DNA of 64,000 nt from Candidatus Micrarchaeota archaeon (GTDB lineage: Archaea; Micrarchaeota; Micrarchaeia; Anstonellales; Bilamarchaeaceae), in contig JBBSVN010000010.1 in assembly GCA_038046765.1 (NCBI GenBank), forward strand, positions 1 through 64,000, read 5' to 3'. This document shows positions 1 through 9,641 of this stretch, piece after piece. Each line of letters opens with the position of its first letter. Position 1 is the stretch's first letter. The position numbers were made by a program, and so were the translations under genes. The notes under the pieces are model-generated. The model did no database searches, was not told the origin of the DNA, and saw only the letters and a program-made list of their open reading frames with translations.

Positions 1-1551
1 AATTTCACAATAGATACAGTTGCTCCAGCAGTTACATTAAATTCTCCCGTAGCACATACTGCATTTTCAAGCGCAACAGTAAACTTCAATATAACTGCAA
101 CAGATAATTTAGCATTAGCAATGAACTGTTCAATCTTCATTGATGGAGCAATAAACCTAAGCAACACATCAATAATTAACAACACAGCAAGTAACATGAG
201 TTTAACAAATATTGCACAAGGAAACCATACATGGTATTCAGTATGTTTAGATACAGCAAATAATTCTATAACAAGTTCAGCAAGGAACTTTACAGTTGAT
301 ACAAATTATCCAACAATAAATTTGATGGGACCCGCAAACTCTAGTACTTTTTCTGATACAAATATTACATTTAATTTTAATGCAACAGATAACCTTCCAG
401 GAACATTCAACTGTTCGCTTATGCTAAATGGAGTGATTAGGTCTACAAATAGTTCAGTCATTAATAACACTGCTACAAATTTCAGTATTACTGGTTTAGC
501 AGATGGAACGCATAGCTGGAATATAAGTTGTATGGATAATGTAAATAATTCCAGGAATAGTTCTACAATTACATTTACTATCGCAACTCCGGTTTCTTCT
601 GCAAGGGAAAGCAGCTCAGATTTTGTTTCATTACCATCAAGTTCACCGCTTAGGTCAATATCTTATGCAATTGAGGGCAATAATGGTGATACGACACTGC
701 AGGTTCAATCTGTTCTAAGAATTAATACTATACCAAGGGCGATAATATCACTAATAAAGATAGACCCATACATCGGACTGGTTTCAACCACTGATGCCGA
801 TGAGAATGGGTTAGCATCATTTACACTATCTGAAGCTGGCACATACGAAGTAAATTCATATAGATCAGGTTACCCGGTTCCTGACAGGCTTATAATTATC
901 GTATCCAATGAAGGCGCAAGAAGTTCCGTTAAAGAGAGCGAAGTTACAAAACGTTTAGCAAACGAAACAATTCTTGTATCTGTATGCGGAAATAATATCA
1001 CAGAAGCAGGTGAGGTTTGCGATGGTGCTGACCTATTTAGCCAGAGCTGCCAAAGCAAAGGTTATGTTTCAGGAAAACTAAAATGCGCTTACGATTGCCT
1101 TTCATTTGATGTATCTTCCTGTTACACTGTCAAATTAAGTGAGTGCAAGTTTACTGTTACGGGTTTACCTTATATCGGTCAGGTAAACCTTGTTAAAATC
1201 TCAGATAAAAATAATAACGCATGTGCAAATGCAGAGTTTACCTTGTCGTCTCCTGATGGAAGCAGGCAAATACTAAAAACTAACTATAATGGTGAAACCT
1301 CATTTGTACTTATGAATAAAGGTGAATATGTCCTATATCTTCCCGATGAAAACCAGGATATAACTAATTCTGTACTAGTAAAAGCTATTACAGCACCATT
1401 ACCTGTTGTTGAACAGAAAGTTATTCCGGTTGCTAAGCCGCTTACTAAAGATCAGCCTAAAATGGACATTTTGTTAATTGCCTTATTGGTATTTTTCTTA
1501 TCTGCAATATTACTTTACTTTTTGAAATTAAAAAAATCTGTTAAAAAATAG
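1..1551 (+). CDS. Cell-surface glycoprotein with Ig-like repeats, Cys-rich module and C-terminal membrane anchor (5'-truncated by window)
   Basis: Frame 1 is open from base 1 (NFTIDTVAPAVTLNSP...). Repeated 'NFTxDTxxPxxxLxxP...FNxxATDNL...NCS...GxHxW...C' units; many N-x-S/T sequons; CGNNITEAGEVCDG motif; C-terminal hydrophobic helix then KLKKSVKK. Confidence 0.8.
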   Translation, partial: NFTIDTVAPAVTLNSPVAHTAFSSATVNFNITATDNLALAMNCSIFIDGAINLSNTSIINNTASNMSLTNIAQGNHTWYSVCLDTANNSITSSARNFTVDTNYPTINLMGPANSSTFSDTNITFNFNATDNLPGTFNCSLMLNGVIRSTNSSVINNTATNFSITGLADGTHSWNISCMDNVNNSRNSSTITFTIATPVSSARESSSDFVSLPSSSPLRSISYAIEGNNGDTTLQVQSVLRINTIPRAIISLIKIDPYIGLVSTTDADENGLASFTLSEAGTYEVNSYRSGYPVPDRLIIIVSNEGARSSVKESEVTKRLANETILVSVCGNNITEAGEVCDGADLFSQSCQSKGYVSGKLKCAYDCLSFDVSSCYTVKLSECKFTVTGLPYIGQVNLVKISDKNNNACANAEFTLSSPDGSRQILKTNYNGETSFVLMNKGEYVLYLPDENQDITNSVLVKAITAPLPVVEQKVIPVAKPLTKDQPKMDILLIALLVFFLSAILLYFLKLKKSVKK

Positions 1552-1552
1552 T

Positions 1553-2590
1553 CTACCTTACATTCGCCATAAACGAGTGTCCAAACTCGAATCGATAATC
1601 ATACGATAAAATAATGTTATGTCCTAGTGCATCAGTATCCTCTGGTCTAGAATTTTCAAAAATAGCGATTATTTCACCTTTCTGATCTCTTATAAATCTA
1701 GCTCCATTTTGAACATGCATATTCATTACAGGATCAATTAGTTTTCTTCTAAAAAGAATGCAAAAATCTTCTATTGTGGGTCTTCTTGCGTAATTTTCAT
1801 TTGCTTCAAATTTTGTACTGAGCTCTCTTACAAATTGTGCGAATGCAGTTTGCTCTAAGGATGTATTATAATTGTCCATCATAAGTGCATACCTTAAATA
1901 TTCCTGCTCACTTGGTGTCCAAGCAAATCCCGTAAGTGCTTGTCTTGTTCTATGCCCAGTTCTACTTGCCTCTTCTAGATTTCTTAAATGTGTCGTGTGC
2001 CCTAGTCCCTTTGTTGGTCTAGTCAAATGCAAATATGTTTTCATGTCCAAATTAGGGTTTTGTTCTCTTGCTTCCCTAAATTTAGATGGTCTAGAATAGG
2101 GGACTGCAATTAATTCATTTCTTCGTGCAAATTCTATTGCATAATTTAGTGTTTGTAGTGCATAATCTTTGCCTTGATGTGTTGGATCAACTACTATTGA
2201 AACGCATAATGCGATTGGTAATAATTTTGGGGTATTCCATTTTAGTTCATCGATTGCATCTGAGGGAAGGTGTGTTGAAAATGTTCTATATCCAGTTACT
2301 TGGTTGTAACCTCCAACAAAACCTACTTTTGGGTCATACACACTTTGCATTACATTTATCATTGAAACCGGAGTTCCATTTTCTAATCTCCCGACAATTT
2401 GCCCTTCTGGAAATCTAACTATTTTTGCTTTCAGTTGATCTTCGCTTATTGCTAGTTTTGGATTTGCCCATGAAGCGTCATACATTTTTTTAAGAGTTGC
2501 GATTTCGTTTTTTCTAGCTCTTTGGTCAAAATTAAGTTTCTTATTTTGTTGAATTTCATTTCCAATTGCTACTAGTGCCGATGCCACCAT
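1553..2590 (-). CDS. Divergent GNAT-fold protein (YkwB-like) with large insertion
   Basis: Motifs 'SEDQLKAKIVRFPEGQIVG', 'SIVVDPTHQGKDYA' (acetyl-CoA motif A-like) and 'DPVMNMHVQNGARF'; GGTGA RBS upstream. Confidence 0.55.
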   Translation of the reverse strand: MVASALVAIGNEIQQNKKLNFDQRARKNEIATLKKMYDASWANPKLAISEDQLKAKIVRFPEGQIVGRLENGTPVSMINVMQSVYDPKVGFVGGYNQVTGYRTFSTHLPSDAIDELKWNTPKLLPIALCVSIVVDPTHQGKDYALQTLNYAIEFARRNELIAVPYSRPSKFREAREQNPNLDMKTYLHLTRPTKGLGHTTHLRNLEEASRTGHRTRQALTGFAWTPSEQEYLRYALMMDNYNTSLEQTAFAQFVRELSTKFEANENYARRPTIEDFCILFRRKLIDPVMNMHVQNGARFIRDQKGEIIAIFENSRPEDTDALGHNIILSYDYRFEFGHSFMANVR

Positions 2591-2692
2591 AACTCACCTA
2601 AAACAAGTTTTGATAATTCTATTATTTGTAGTGATTAGTTATTAAAAGTAGTGTCACTTTACTATTTTGTCCGCTTATTTACTTATTCGAGA

Positions 2693-3640
2693 TTAATCCT
2701 TTCCCCGAACATATTCGTAAGCGCTATAAGCAGCTAAAACGCCTTCCGCTGATCCGGTAATTGCTTGTTTGAATTTAGTATCTACAACATCTCCAGCAGC
2801 AAATATTCCAGGTACGTTTGTTTCCGCGCCACGATTAATTATTATATCTCCTTTCTTATCGATTTTAACTCCTAAGGAAATCGCTAATTGCGATTGTGGG
2901 ATGTGTCCGATTTCAACAAATACTCCATCGGTTTTGAATTCAATACTGCCTTTATATGGCTTATCGAATTTTACGTGCGTAACCTTATCGTTTCCGAATA
3001 TTTGCGTTATATTCGTATTATTTATTATTTCCATTTTTCCTTCTTTTATTTTTTGCTCAACTCGCGTTAAATTAACTGGTTCTGGGCGTATTTTATCCCC
3101 CCGATAAACAATTACTACTTTCTTTGCCCATTGTGTTAGGAGTATGGCTTCTTTAGCGGCACTATCTGCCCCTCCAACAACAATTATTTCCTTGTTTTTG
3201 TAAAAATATCCATCGCATAAAGCGCAATAATGAACTCCTTTGCCTGTAAATTCTTTTTCTCCTGGAACATTTAACTTTCGCCATTCGGTTCCAGTTGCAA
3301 AGATAATTGTTTTAGACGTATACTCTTTGGTTCCTTCTTCATCTGTTGTAACTACGAAACTTCCATCGCTGTTTTTTGTCACTTTAGTTGCTTTTGTATC
3401 AATTGCTTCTACTCCTTCGTAGCTTAGGGCGTGGTCCTCTACTTGTTTAGCAAGTGTTATCCCATCAGTCATTTTTATTCCGGGCCAGTTTGCGATTTCA
3501 TTCGTTAAAATTATTGTTCCTCCACGTACTCCAGCTAGAACTAGCGTATTTAGTTTTAATCTTCCAGCATACATTGCTGCTGAAAAACCTGAAATTCCGC
3601 CTCCAATAATTATTGTATCGTAAATCGTTTGCTCAGTCAT
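2693..3640 (-). CDS. trxB: Thioredoxin-disulfide reductase
   Basis: GGGISG FAD motif, IFATG, CALCDG redox motif, GGADSA NAD(P)H motif, GIFAAGD. Confidence 0.93.
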   Translation of the reverse strand: MTEQTIYDTIIIGGGISGFSAAMYAGRLKLNTLVLAGVRGGTIILTNEIANWPGIKMTDGITLAKQVEDHALSYEGVEAIDTKATKVTKNSDGSFVVTTDEEGTKEYTSKTIIFATGTEWRKLNVPGEKEFTGKGVHYCALCDGYFYKNKEIIVVGGADSAAKEAILLTQWAKKVVIVYRGDKIRPEPVNLTRVEQKIKEGKMEIINNTNITQIFGNDKVTHVKFDKPYKGSIEFKTDGVFVEIGHIPQSQLAISLGVKIDKKGDIIINRGAETNVPGIFAAGDVVDTKFKQAITGSAEGVLAAYSAYEYVRGKD

Positions 3641-3763
3641 AGTCTCACTTTCATAATTTTGAAAAATTTTTCTGCTGGCACGACCATAAAAAGGTTCAAA
3701 GTGTCGTGCCTTTCTAGTTGGTAATTAGAAATGCCTCTATTTTCTAAGTAAGAAAGTTCGTAC

Positions 3764-4009
3764 TTATTTTATTCCAAGTGCTTTTCTCATTACGGGTTCG
3801 TTATAACCAATAATTACTTCGCCGTTAATATCTACTACTGGGATACCACTTTGCTTAGTTTTATTTGTCATTTCCTCTGCAAATTTAGGTTCTTTTTCTA
3901 CATCACGGTCTTCGTATCTTACGCCTTGTTTAGTTAACCATTCTTTTACTCTGTGGCACCATGGGCACCATTCTGTTGAATAGACGATTACTTTGTTTTC
4001 TTTTGCCAT
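3764..4009 (-). CDS. Glutaredoxin/NrdH-like redoxin
   Basis: CPWC active site and GIPVV cis-Pro motif; lies upstream of trxB on the same strand. Confidence 0.9.
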   Translation of the reverse strand: MAKENKVIVYSTEWCPWCHRVKEWLTKQGVRYEDRDVEKEPKFAEEMTNKTKQSGIPVVDINGEVIIGYNEPVMRKALGIK

Positions 4010-4300
4010 AAGGATTACCTCTTAAGAAGTTGTTAAAGAATTAGCGAGTTTATAATTTAAAAAGCTAAGCCGAAAACAAGGGTTTAATTATTAAGACTTA
4101 GGTATACCTAAAATTCAATACAGGCTTATAATGAAAAATGTTGTTTTAAACCATTTAAAGCCTTTTTTTATTTAAATATTGTATATTTTTATAATATTCT
4201 ATATCACATCATATATAGTTTACACAATAAAGAAAATTTGTCAAAAGTTGAAGATAGATAGTTATTTAAACACTTTTACACACTATATATATTGATAATT

Positions 4301-5356
4301 ATGCCTCACTTAAGATTAGTTAGAAATATTGAAACGAGATCTGCTCTTCAAGGGAGTCATAAGATGCCCCTAACTAGTGCTAATCAGGACATTTTACTTA
4401 AAAAATTATTAGATCGTGATATTGCCTTAATGCGACCCTTAATTGTTTACAGTTGCGCGATTTTTTACAAAATGAACCTTCTAGCTACACATATTCGACA
4501 AAATGGGGGAATTGATAAAACTAATCGGGCTAGCGTACATAAGCTATTTTCTGATTTTGCACAACTAAAAAAAATGCTTGATAACATAAGAGAGCGTTTT
4601 GATGAAACTAGTAAAAAGTGCGCTTTTGAATCAATATGGCGTTCTGAAATATTACATTCTTTATCCCGTCCTTATAATAAATTTTTACAATATGCACTTG
4701 GTAACAATAATTTGCATAGTTTCTTAGGAACTCACCTCACTCAAGCTCAAGTAAGTGTTTCTCACGATTTTGCAGACTACGAAGAATCCTCTATTTCAGA
4801 AGATCGATCTAAAATCATATGGGGAGCCATATTTGGAGAAACAAGAGAATATGGTGTGTTAATTCCCAATGATTTTATCAATTTAGCTCGTGATCAACTT
4901 TCACATTCTTCGACTGATCTAACTAAAATGTGCTATACTTATAAAAATGTAAAAAAAGATTTACCTAAAGGCATCTTAATAAAAGATATTTCTCCAATTC
5001 TAAGAACTATTCTAACTCAGATTATCGAAAATGCTCGGCACGCTGTAGAATCAAATGTTATTAAATTAGACGATGACATTATCGTGTCAGCAACTGTTTG
5101 CGACACTATACTCGAACTAAGAGTATCTGATAAAGGCTGTGGGATATCTGAAGAAAATTTGGCTAAAATATTCAACAATGGTTTTACTACTAAAAAAGAT
5201 GGGAATGGTGTTGCTCTTGGGATGTGTCGGGATTTAATTGAATCCTTTGGTGGATCATTAACTGTTGAAAGTACCTCTCCAGAAGGCACTACATTTAAAT
5301 TAACTCTTCTTAGGAAGTATTTTGAGATTTCACACCATGCAATAGAGTCCAGTTAA
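4301..5356 (+). CDS. Soluble orphan histidine kinase-like protein (HATPase_c)
   Basis: N box 'QIIENARHA', G1 'VSDKGCGI', F box 'IFNNGFTTK', G2 'GNGVALG', possible H box 'EILHSLSRP'. No TM segment. ATG 4301 chosen over TTG 4292; TTTAAA lies about 30 nt upstream. Confidence 0.8.
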   Translation: MPHLRLVRNIETRSALQGSHKMPLTSANQDILLKKLLDRDIALMRPLIVYSCAIFYKMNLLATHIRQNGGIDKTNRASVHKLFSDFAQLKKMLDNIRERFDETSKKCAFESIWRSEILHSLSRPYNKFLQYALGNNNLHSFLGTHLTQAQVSVSHDFADYEESSISEDRSKIIWGAIFGETREYGVLIPNDFINLARDQLSHSSTDLTKMCYTYKNVKKDLPKGILIKDISPILRTILTQIIENARHAVESNVIKLDDDIIVSATVCDTILELRVSDKGCGISEENLAKIFNNGFTTKKDGNGVALGMCRDLIESFGGSLTVESTSPEGTTFKLTLLRKYFEISHHAIESS

Positions 5357-5388
5357 CTTTATTTTCTTTTCCTTTCTAATATATTAAC

Positions 5389-5565
5389 ATGCAACTAATT
5401 GCTAAGACCTTTAACATTGAAGAAGCTAAAACACTCGAGCGAAAACTAAAGCTCGAAGGTTTCACTACAGAAATTAGAGAAATCGAACAAACAGGAATAT
5501 ATGTATACGAAGTTTGGGCAGATAAAAAAGAAGGGCTTACTGCGGTGCAGAGTAAACTTGTTTAG
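5389..5565 (+). CDS. Small hypothetical protein (58 aa, below ORF-track cutoff)
   Basis: ATG 5389 to TAG 5565 translates MQLIAKTFNIEEAKTLERKLKLEGFTTEIREIEQTGIYVYEVWADKKEGLTAVQSKLV; fills the gap and ends 9 nt before the EamA start. Confidence 0.7.
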   Translation: MQLIAKTFNIEEAKTLERKLKLEGFTTEIREIEQTGIYVYEVWADKKEGLTAVQSKLV

Positions 5566-5574
5566 TGTGTTTTT

Positions 5575-6444
5575 ATGTTCTGGTTTTTTCTAGCATTAGG
5601 GGGAGCTTTTTTAGATTCGATATACTACTTTTTAATAAAAAAATCTAGTTCCTCAAACCTCAGGTTTTTCGTATTAGGTTTATTTTATCTTTTTTCTGCA
5701 ATAATATTTGTTTATCTATACTTCACAAGTTCTTCCATTGAAATTAATAAAAATTTCTACATTGCATTCGGAATTGCAGTTGTTCTAAACATCTTAATTA
5801 CTCTCCTATATGCTCAAGCATTAAAATCAGAAGAAATGTCCTTAGTTATGCCTGTTCTTTCATTTACTCCCGTTTTTTTGATCATCACATCTTATTTTAT
5901 TTTAGGAGAATCTATATCTATCTTGGGGTTTTTAGGTATTTCTCTGGTGTGTGTTGGCTCTTACGTTCTAAATTTTTCTAGTACTGACAAATCTATTCTT
6001 CAAACTATCAAAAGAATGTTATCTAACAAAGCTATTTTCTACATGTTTCTTATGGCAATTTTAGCTAGTTTCTCTTGGAATTTTATTAAATTATCCATAA
6101 ATAATTCAAGTGTTATTTTTCATAATCTTTTTATGAACTTATCTCTAGGGATTACCTTTTTAATCCTGTACTTAAAAGAGAAAAAATCTTTAGAAAAAGT
6201 AGATTATCGTTACTTACTTAGTATTTCAATTGTCTTAGCATTAGTTAATGCCATCTCGAGTCTTTTAACCACTACTGCCATAACTCTTGTTGCAGTAAGT
6301 TACGTTGTTTCAATCAATCGATTAAGCATTATTTTTGCTGTCTTATTAGGAATGCTCTTTTTAAAAGAATCAAATAGCTTACAAAGACTTCTCGGTGCAC
6401 TTATTATGGTTGCTGGCGCTGCGATCATCCTAGTTTTTAGCTAA
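5575..6444 (+). CDS. EamA/DMT family transporter
   Basis: About 10 TM helices in two repeats; 'ALKSEEMSLVMPV', 'ILGESI', 'LFLKE...RLLG' motifs. Confidence 0.88.
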   Translation: MFWFFLALGGAFLDSIYYFLIKKSSSSNLRFFVLGLFYLFSAIIFVYLYFTSSSIEINKNFYIAFGIAVVLNILITLLYAQALKSEEMSLVMPVLSFTPVFLIITSYFILGESISILGFLGISLVCVGSYVLNFSSTDKSILQTIKRMLSNKAIFYMFLMAILASFSWNFIKLSINNSSVIFHNLFMNLSLGITFLILYLKEKKSLEKVDYRYLLSISIVLALVNAISSLLTTTAITLVAVSYVVSINRLSIIFAVLLGMLFLKESNSLQRLLGALIMVAGAAIILVFS

Positions 6445-6480
6445 GATAGAAAAAGAATGAACTTTAAGCTGATTTTCTAG

Positions 6481-6714
6481 CTAAACTGGGCTGAGTGGTT
6501 TAATCATTGTTTGTCTTAGTGCGGTTTCAGCTAAAACATCTCCAAAACATCTCTTTCTACAAGGCATGCAAATTCCTGGTTTTAATTCACTGTTTCCTAT
6601 TTTTTCCATGTTTGCTTTTGATAATTCAATACCAAGAATTGAATGAACTACTCGTTTCTTTCCGTTATGCCATGAACAAACCACGTATCTGCTAAGTCTT
6701 CCAACTTGTTTCAT
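6481..6714 (-). CDS. Small hypothetical protein, possible Zn-binding
   Basis: CSWH...GICMPC ligand pattern; follows the aldehyde dehydrogenase on the same strand. Confidence 0.5.
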   Translation of the reverse strand: MKQVGRLSRYVVCSWHNGKKRVVHSILGIELSKANMEKIGNSELKPGICMPCRKRCFGDVLAETALRQTMIKPLSPV

Positions 6715-6734
6715 GGTATCCTTAGTTATACCAT

Positions 6735-8102
6735 TTAATTTATAACAATTGTTTTAACATTTACAAATTCTTTAATTCCATATTCTCCAAGTTCTCTTCC
6801 TAACCCACTTTTCTTTGTTCCGCCAAACGGCAACTTAACATCGCTTTTTACGATTGTATTAACAAATACTGCGCCAGCATCTATTCTTTTAGCTAATTTC
6901 TCTGCTTTTTCTAAATCCTTAGTCCAGATGCTCGCGCCTAATCCGAATTCTGTTGCGTTTGCGATTGTAATCGCTTCTTCATCATTTTCTACAATTATAA
7001 TTTGTGCAACTGGACCAAATATTTCTTCTTTTGAAACTAGATTGTTTTTATTCATCTGTAATATGGTTGGTTCTAAAAAATAGCCTTTACCTGTTAAAGA
7101 TTTCCCACCGCAAAGTAAAGTTGCTCCATTTTCTTTTGCGCGGTTTATTTGATCAAGTACGCTTTCGCGTAAATCTTTTCTAGCTAGTGGTCCGATATTT
7201 GTTTTTTCATCGATTGGATTCCCGATTATTTGTGATTTTATAATCTCCAAAAATTTAATCTTAAATTCCTCCGCAATACTTTTTTCTAGAATAAATCTTT
7301 TTGCAGCAATGCAACTTTGTCCGTTATTTTGGAATCTTGCTTTAACTGCAGTTTCACAAGTTAATTTCAAATCCGCATCAGCTAATACAATAAACGGATC
7401 GCTTCCCCCTAATTCCAAGACAACTTTTTTGATGTTTTTACCAGCGAGTGTGCCTATCTTCTTTCCAGCTTCTGTGCTTCCTGTTAAAGAAATTCCATCT
7501 ATTAAATCTTTTGAAACAAGTGGCTTAACTTCATCACTTGAAATAAGTAGAGTTCTAAAAACATTTTCTGGAAATCTCGCTTCCTTAAAACATTCTTCAA
7601 TTGCTAGTGCGCATTGCGGAACGTTGCTAGCATGTTTTAGTATTACGCAATTTCCCGCAACCATTGTTGGTACTGCGAATCTAAATAATTGCCAGAAAGG
7701 AAAATTCCATGGCATAACTCCTAAAATTACGCCTAATGGTTCAAAAGAAACATAACTTTTCTTTGCATTAGTTAAAATAACTTGATCAGCAAGCATTTTC
7801 TCTGCATTTTCGGCATAGTATTCGCAAACTAAAGCGCATTTTTCTACTTCAGCAATTGCTTGCGTTAGTGGTTTTCCCATTTCAAGCGTAGCAAGTGTTC
7901 CGTACTTACGTGAGTTTTTCTTAAGTACAAGCGCAAGCTTAGTTAGGTATTCGCATCTTTGTTTGACAGTTAATTCTCGCCAGGATAAGAATGCTTTTCT
8001 TACTTTCTTAGTTTCAATAATTGCTTCTTTTCTAGTTAAGCAGGTAAATTCTCCAAGGATTTCTTCTGTTGCTGGATTGATTGATTTGATTGTTTTTTGC
8101 AT
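6735..8102 (-). CDS. NAD(P)-dependent succinate-semialdehyde dehydrogenase-like aldehyde dehydrogenase
   Basis: MPWNFP, LKHASNVP, TGS, catalytic LELGGSDP and GQSCIAAKR, EEIFGP, PFGGTKKSG. Confidence 0.92.
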   Translation of the reverse strand: MQKTIKSINPATEEILGEFTCLTRKEAIIETKKVRKAFLSWRELTVKQRCEYLTKLALVLKKNSRKYGTLATLEMGKPLTQAIAEVEKCALVCEYYAENAEKMLADQVILTNAKKSYVSFEPLGVILGVMPWNFPFWQLFRFAVPTMVAGNCVILKHASNVPQCALAIEECFKEARFPENVFRTLLISSDEVKPLVSKDLIDGISLTGSTEAGKKIGTLAGKNIKKVVLELGGSDPFIVLADADLKLTCETAVKARFQNNGQSCIAAKRFILEKSIAEEFKIKFLEIIKSQIIGNPIDEKTNIGPLARKDLRESVLDQINRAKENGATLLCGGKSLTGKGYFLEPTILQMNKNNLVSKEEIFGPVAQIIIVENDEEAITIANATEFGLGASIWTKDLEKAEKLAKRIDAGAVFVNTIVKSDVKLPFGGTKKSGLGRELGEYGIKEFVNVKTIVIN

Positions 8103-8143
8103 GTTTATCAACTAGGTTTGTATTACTTTAGAACTTTTTAAGT

Positions 8144-8703
8144 TTATTCTTTCTGTAGATCATTCTTTATCTTTTCAAGAAGCAGTTCAAATTTTAGGTA
8201 TCCTGCCTTTTCGTTAAAGTGGCCAGCATTTGAAACCACATTTAATTCAACTCCAAGATTTTTAGCTAATTCCTCTCCATTCTTAAGACAAACTAATTCA
8301 TCGTTATTTGAATGGAACACAACAAAATGCTCTGCTTTTTTTCTAATTGTTTCCCAATTAAAAGATTTTTTAATAAATGGTTTATCCCCTTCGTAATATT
8401 TTATGGGCATTATTCCGATTGGAGTTGCTACAAAGAATGTGACACTTATTTTAATCTTAATTTTTTCTAATAGTCTTAAAAGAAATGCCCCCTAAGCTGT
8501 GACCTATTAAAATCGTTTGGGAATTTAACTCTTTTTCATATTTTTCAAATTCTTTGAACCAAGTTGCGGGAGTTTGATTATCTGGAGTTGAGAATTGGGG
8601 TATTAGTACTTTATAATTTAATTCTTCTAGCTCACTTTTTAACTATGGAAACCAGTTTTCTTTTGGATGTCCCTGTTTCGTGAAATATGATGGCAGTTTT
8701 CAT
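8144..8703 (-). pseudogene. Disrupted alpha/beta hydrolase (YdeN/RBBP9 family)
   Basis: Reconstructs as MKTAIIFH(E)T/GHPKENWFP*LKSELEE...LIGHSLG/AFLLRLLE...HSNND...AGHF: two frameshifts (about 8672 and 8490) and an in-frame TAG where Trp is expected. Confidence 0.85.
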
Positions 8704-8816
8704 AAAATAATCAATCATATATTCTTGGAGAAAGTTTTAAGCTTACTATCATTAATTAAATTTTGGGTTAGCCTACGAGCACTACTTTAAAAACTCTTCT
8801 AATCATTAATTATAAC

Positions 8817-9641
8817 ATGTTCGATAAATTAAGGCAAGATTTTAGATATGCCTCAACACGCAGAGACTGGAATCGCGAAGCAAAAAATAATCGAATCTTT
8901 CAGAGAGTAGCTGCTGCTTCAGATACTTTAGATCACTTAGGGGATCTTGTAAAAAAAGGTGATCGTACTTCAATAGTTGGGTTATCCTTAGAATTTTCTT
9001 TATTTTGTCGAAGATATCGTTTTAATGCCTCTGAAAAAATCCGTACTATTAGTTACTTTATAAATCGATTCGATCAGTTTAGTTCTAGACTACGGCCTTC
9101 TTTTTCCCAAACTGATTTTAACACTGATGAGAATTTTAAAGCTGGTCAATCTCCTTCGTTTGTTATGGTCGATCTAATCGCACAAAGAAAGAAACCCAGT
9201 GGCACTATGGCTCCAGATCCTATTTTGAAAATGTATTGTAAGAGAAATGGTCTTTTGTATCTTTCTTCGGATTATTACGTATCTGTATCCTTACCATTAA
9301 AAGTTCGTGATTTTTATTCGCTTGAATTTATTCTATCTAATTTTTCATCTATTCATCCTTCGATAACTGAAGGTTTAGAAGCAACTTATGAAAAAATAAA
9401 AGATATGTATGTTGCAGAGTGTCACTTAAATCATCGTGTTTTTGGACCAGATGTTTCGCATAATATTGTAGGAGATATAATTGCAGGTTTGCTCTACGGT
9501 TATAAAATCGGTGAATGGGATGGCATTTACTGGTTTGTTACTGATAATATGTTTCGTGGAATATCCGATTCCAGAATTGCTGGTTATCCGACTGAAACTT
9601 ATGCGGGACTTGAGTTCCAACGATTACTAGGCAAATTTTAA
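8817..9641 (+). CDS. Hypothetical protein (orphan)
   Basis: 274-aa ORF with TTTAAAA about 26 nt before ATG; no recognisable motif. Confidence 0.7.
   Translation: MFDKLRQDFRYASTRRDWNREAKNNRIFQRVAAASDTLDHLGDLVKKGDRTSIVGLSLEFSLFCRRYRFNASEKIRTISYFINRFDQFSSRLRPSFSQTDFNTDENFKAGQSPSFVMVDLIAQRKKPSGTMAPDPILKMYCKRNGLLYLSSDYYVSVSLPLKVRDFYSLEFILSNFSSIHPSITEGLEATYEKIKDMYVAECHLNHRVFGPDVSHNIVGDIIAGLLYGYKIGEWDGIYWFVTDNMFRGISDSRIAGYPTETYAGLEFQRLLGKF

Noticed and set aside
3677..3710. 8-bp inverted repeat GGCACGAC/GTCGTGCC between grx and trxB
   Set aside because: A single short hairpin; plausibly an mRNA stability element, but too little evidence to call.
8640..8650. In-frame TAG as pyrrolysine or recoding
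   Set aside because: It replaces an expected Trp (TGG) and co-occurs with two frameshifts; TAG is a normal stop elsewhere in the window.
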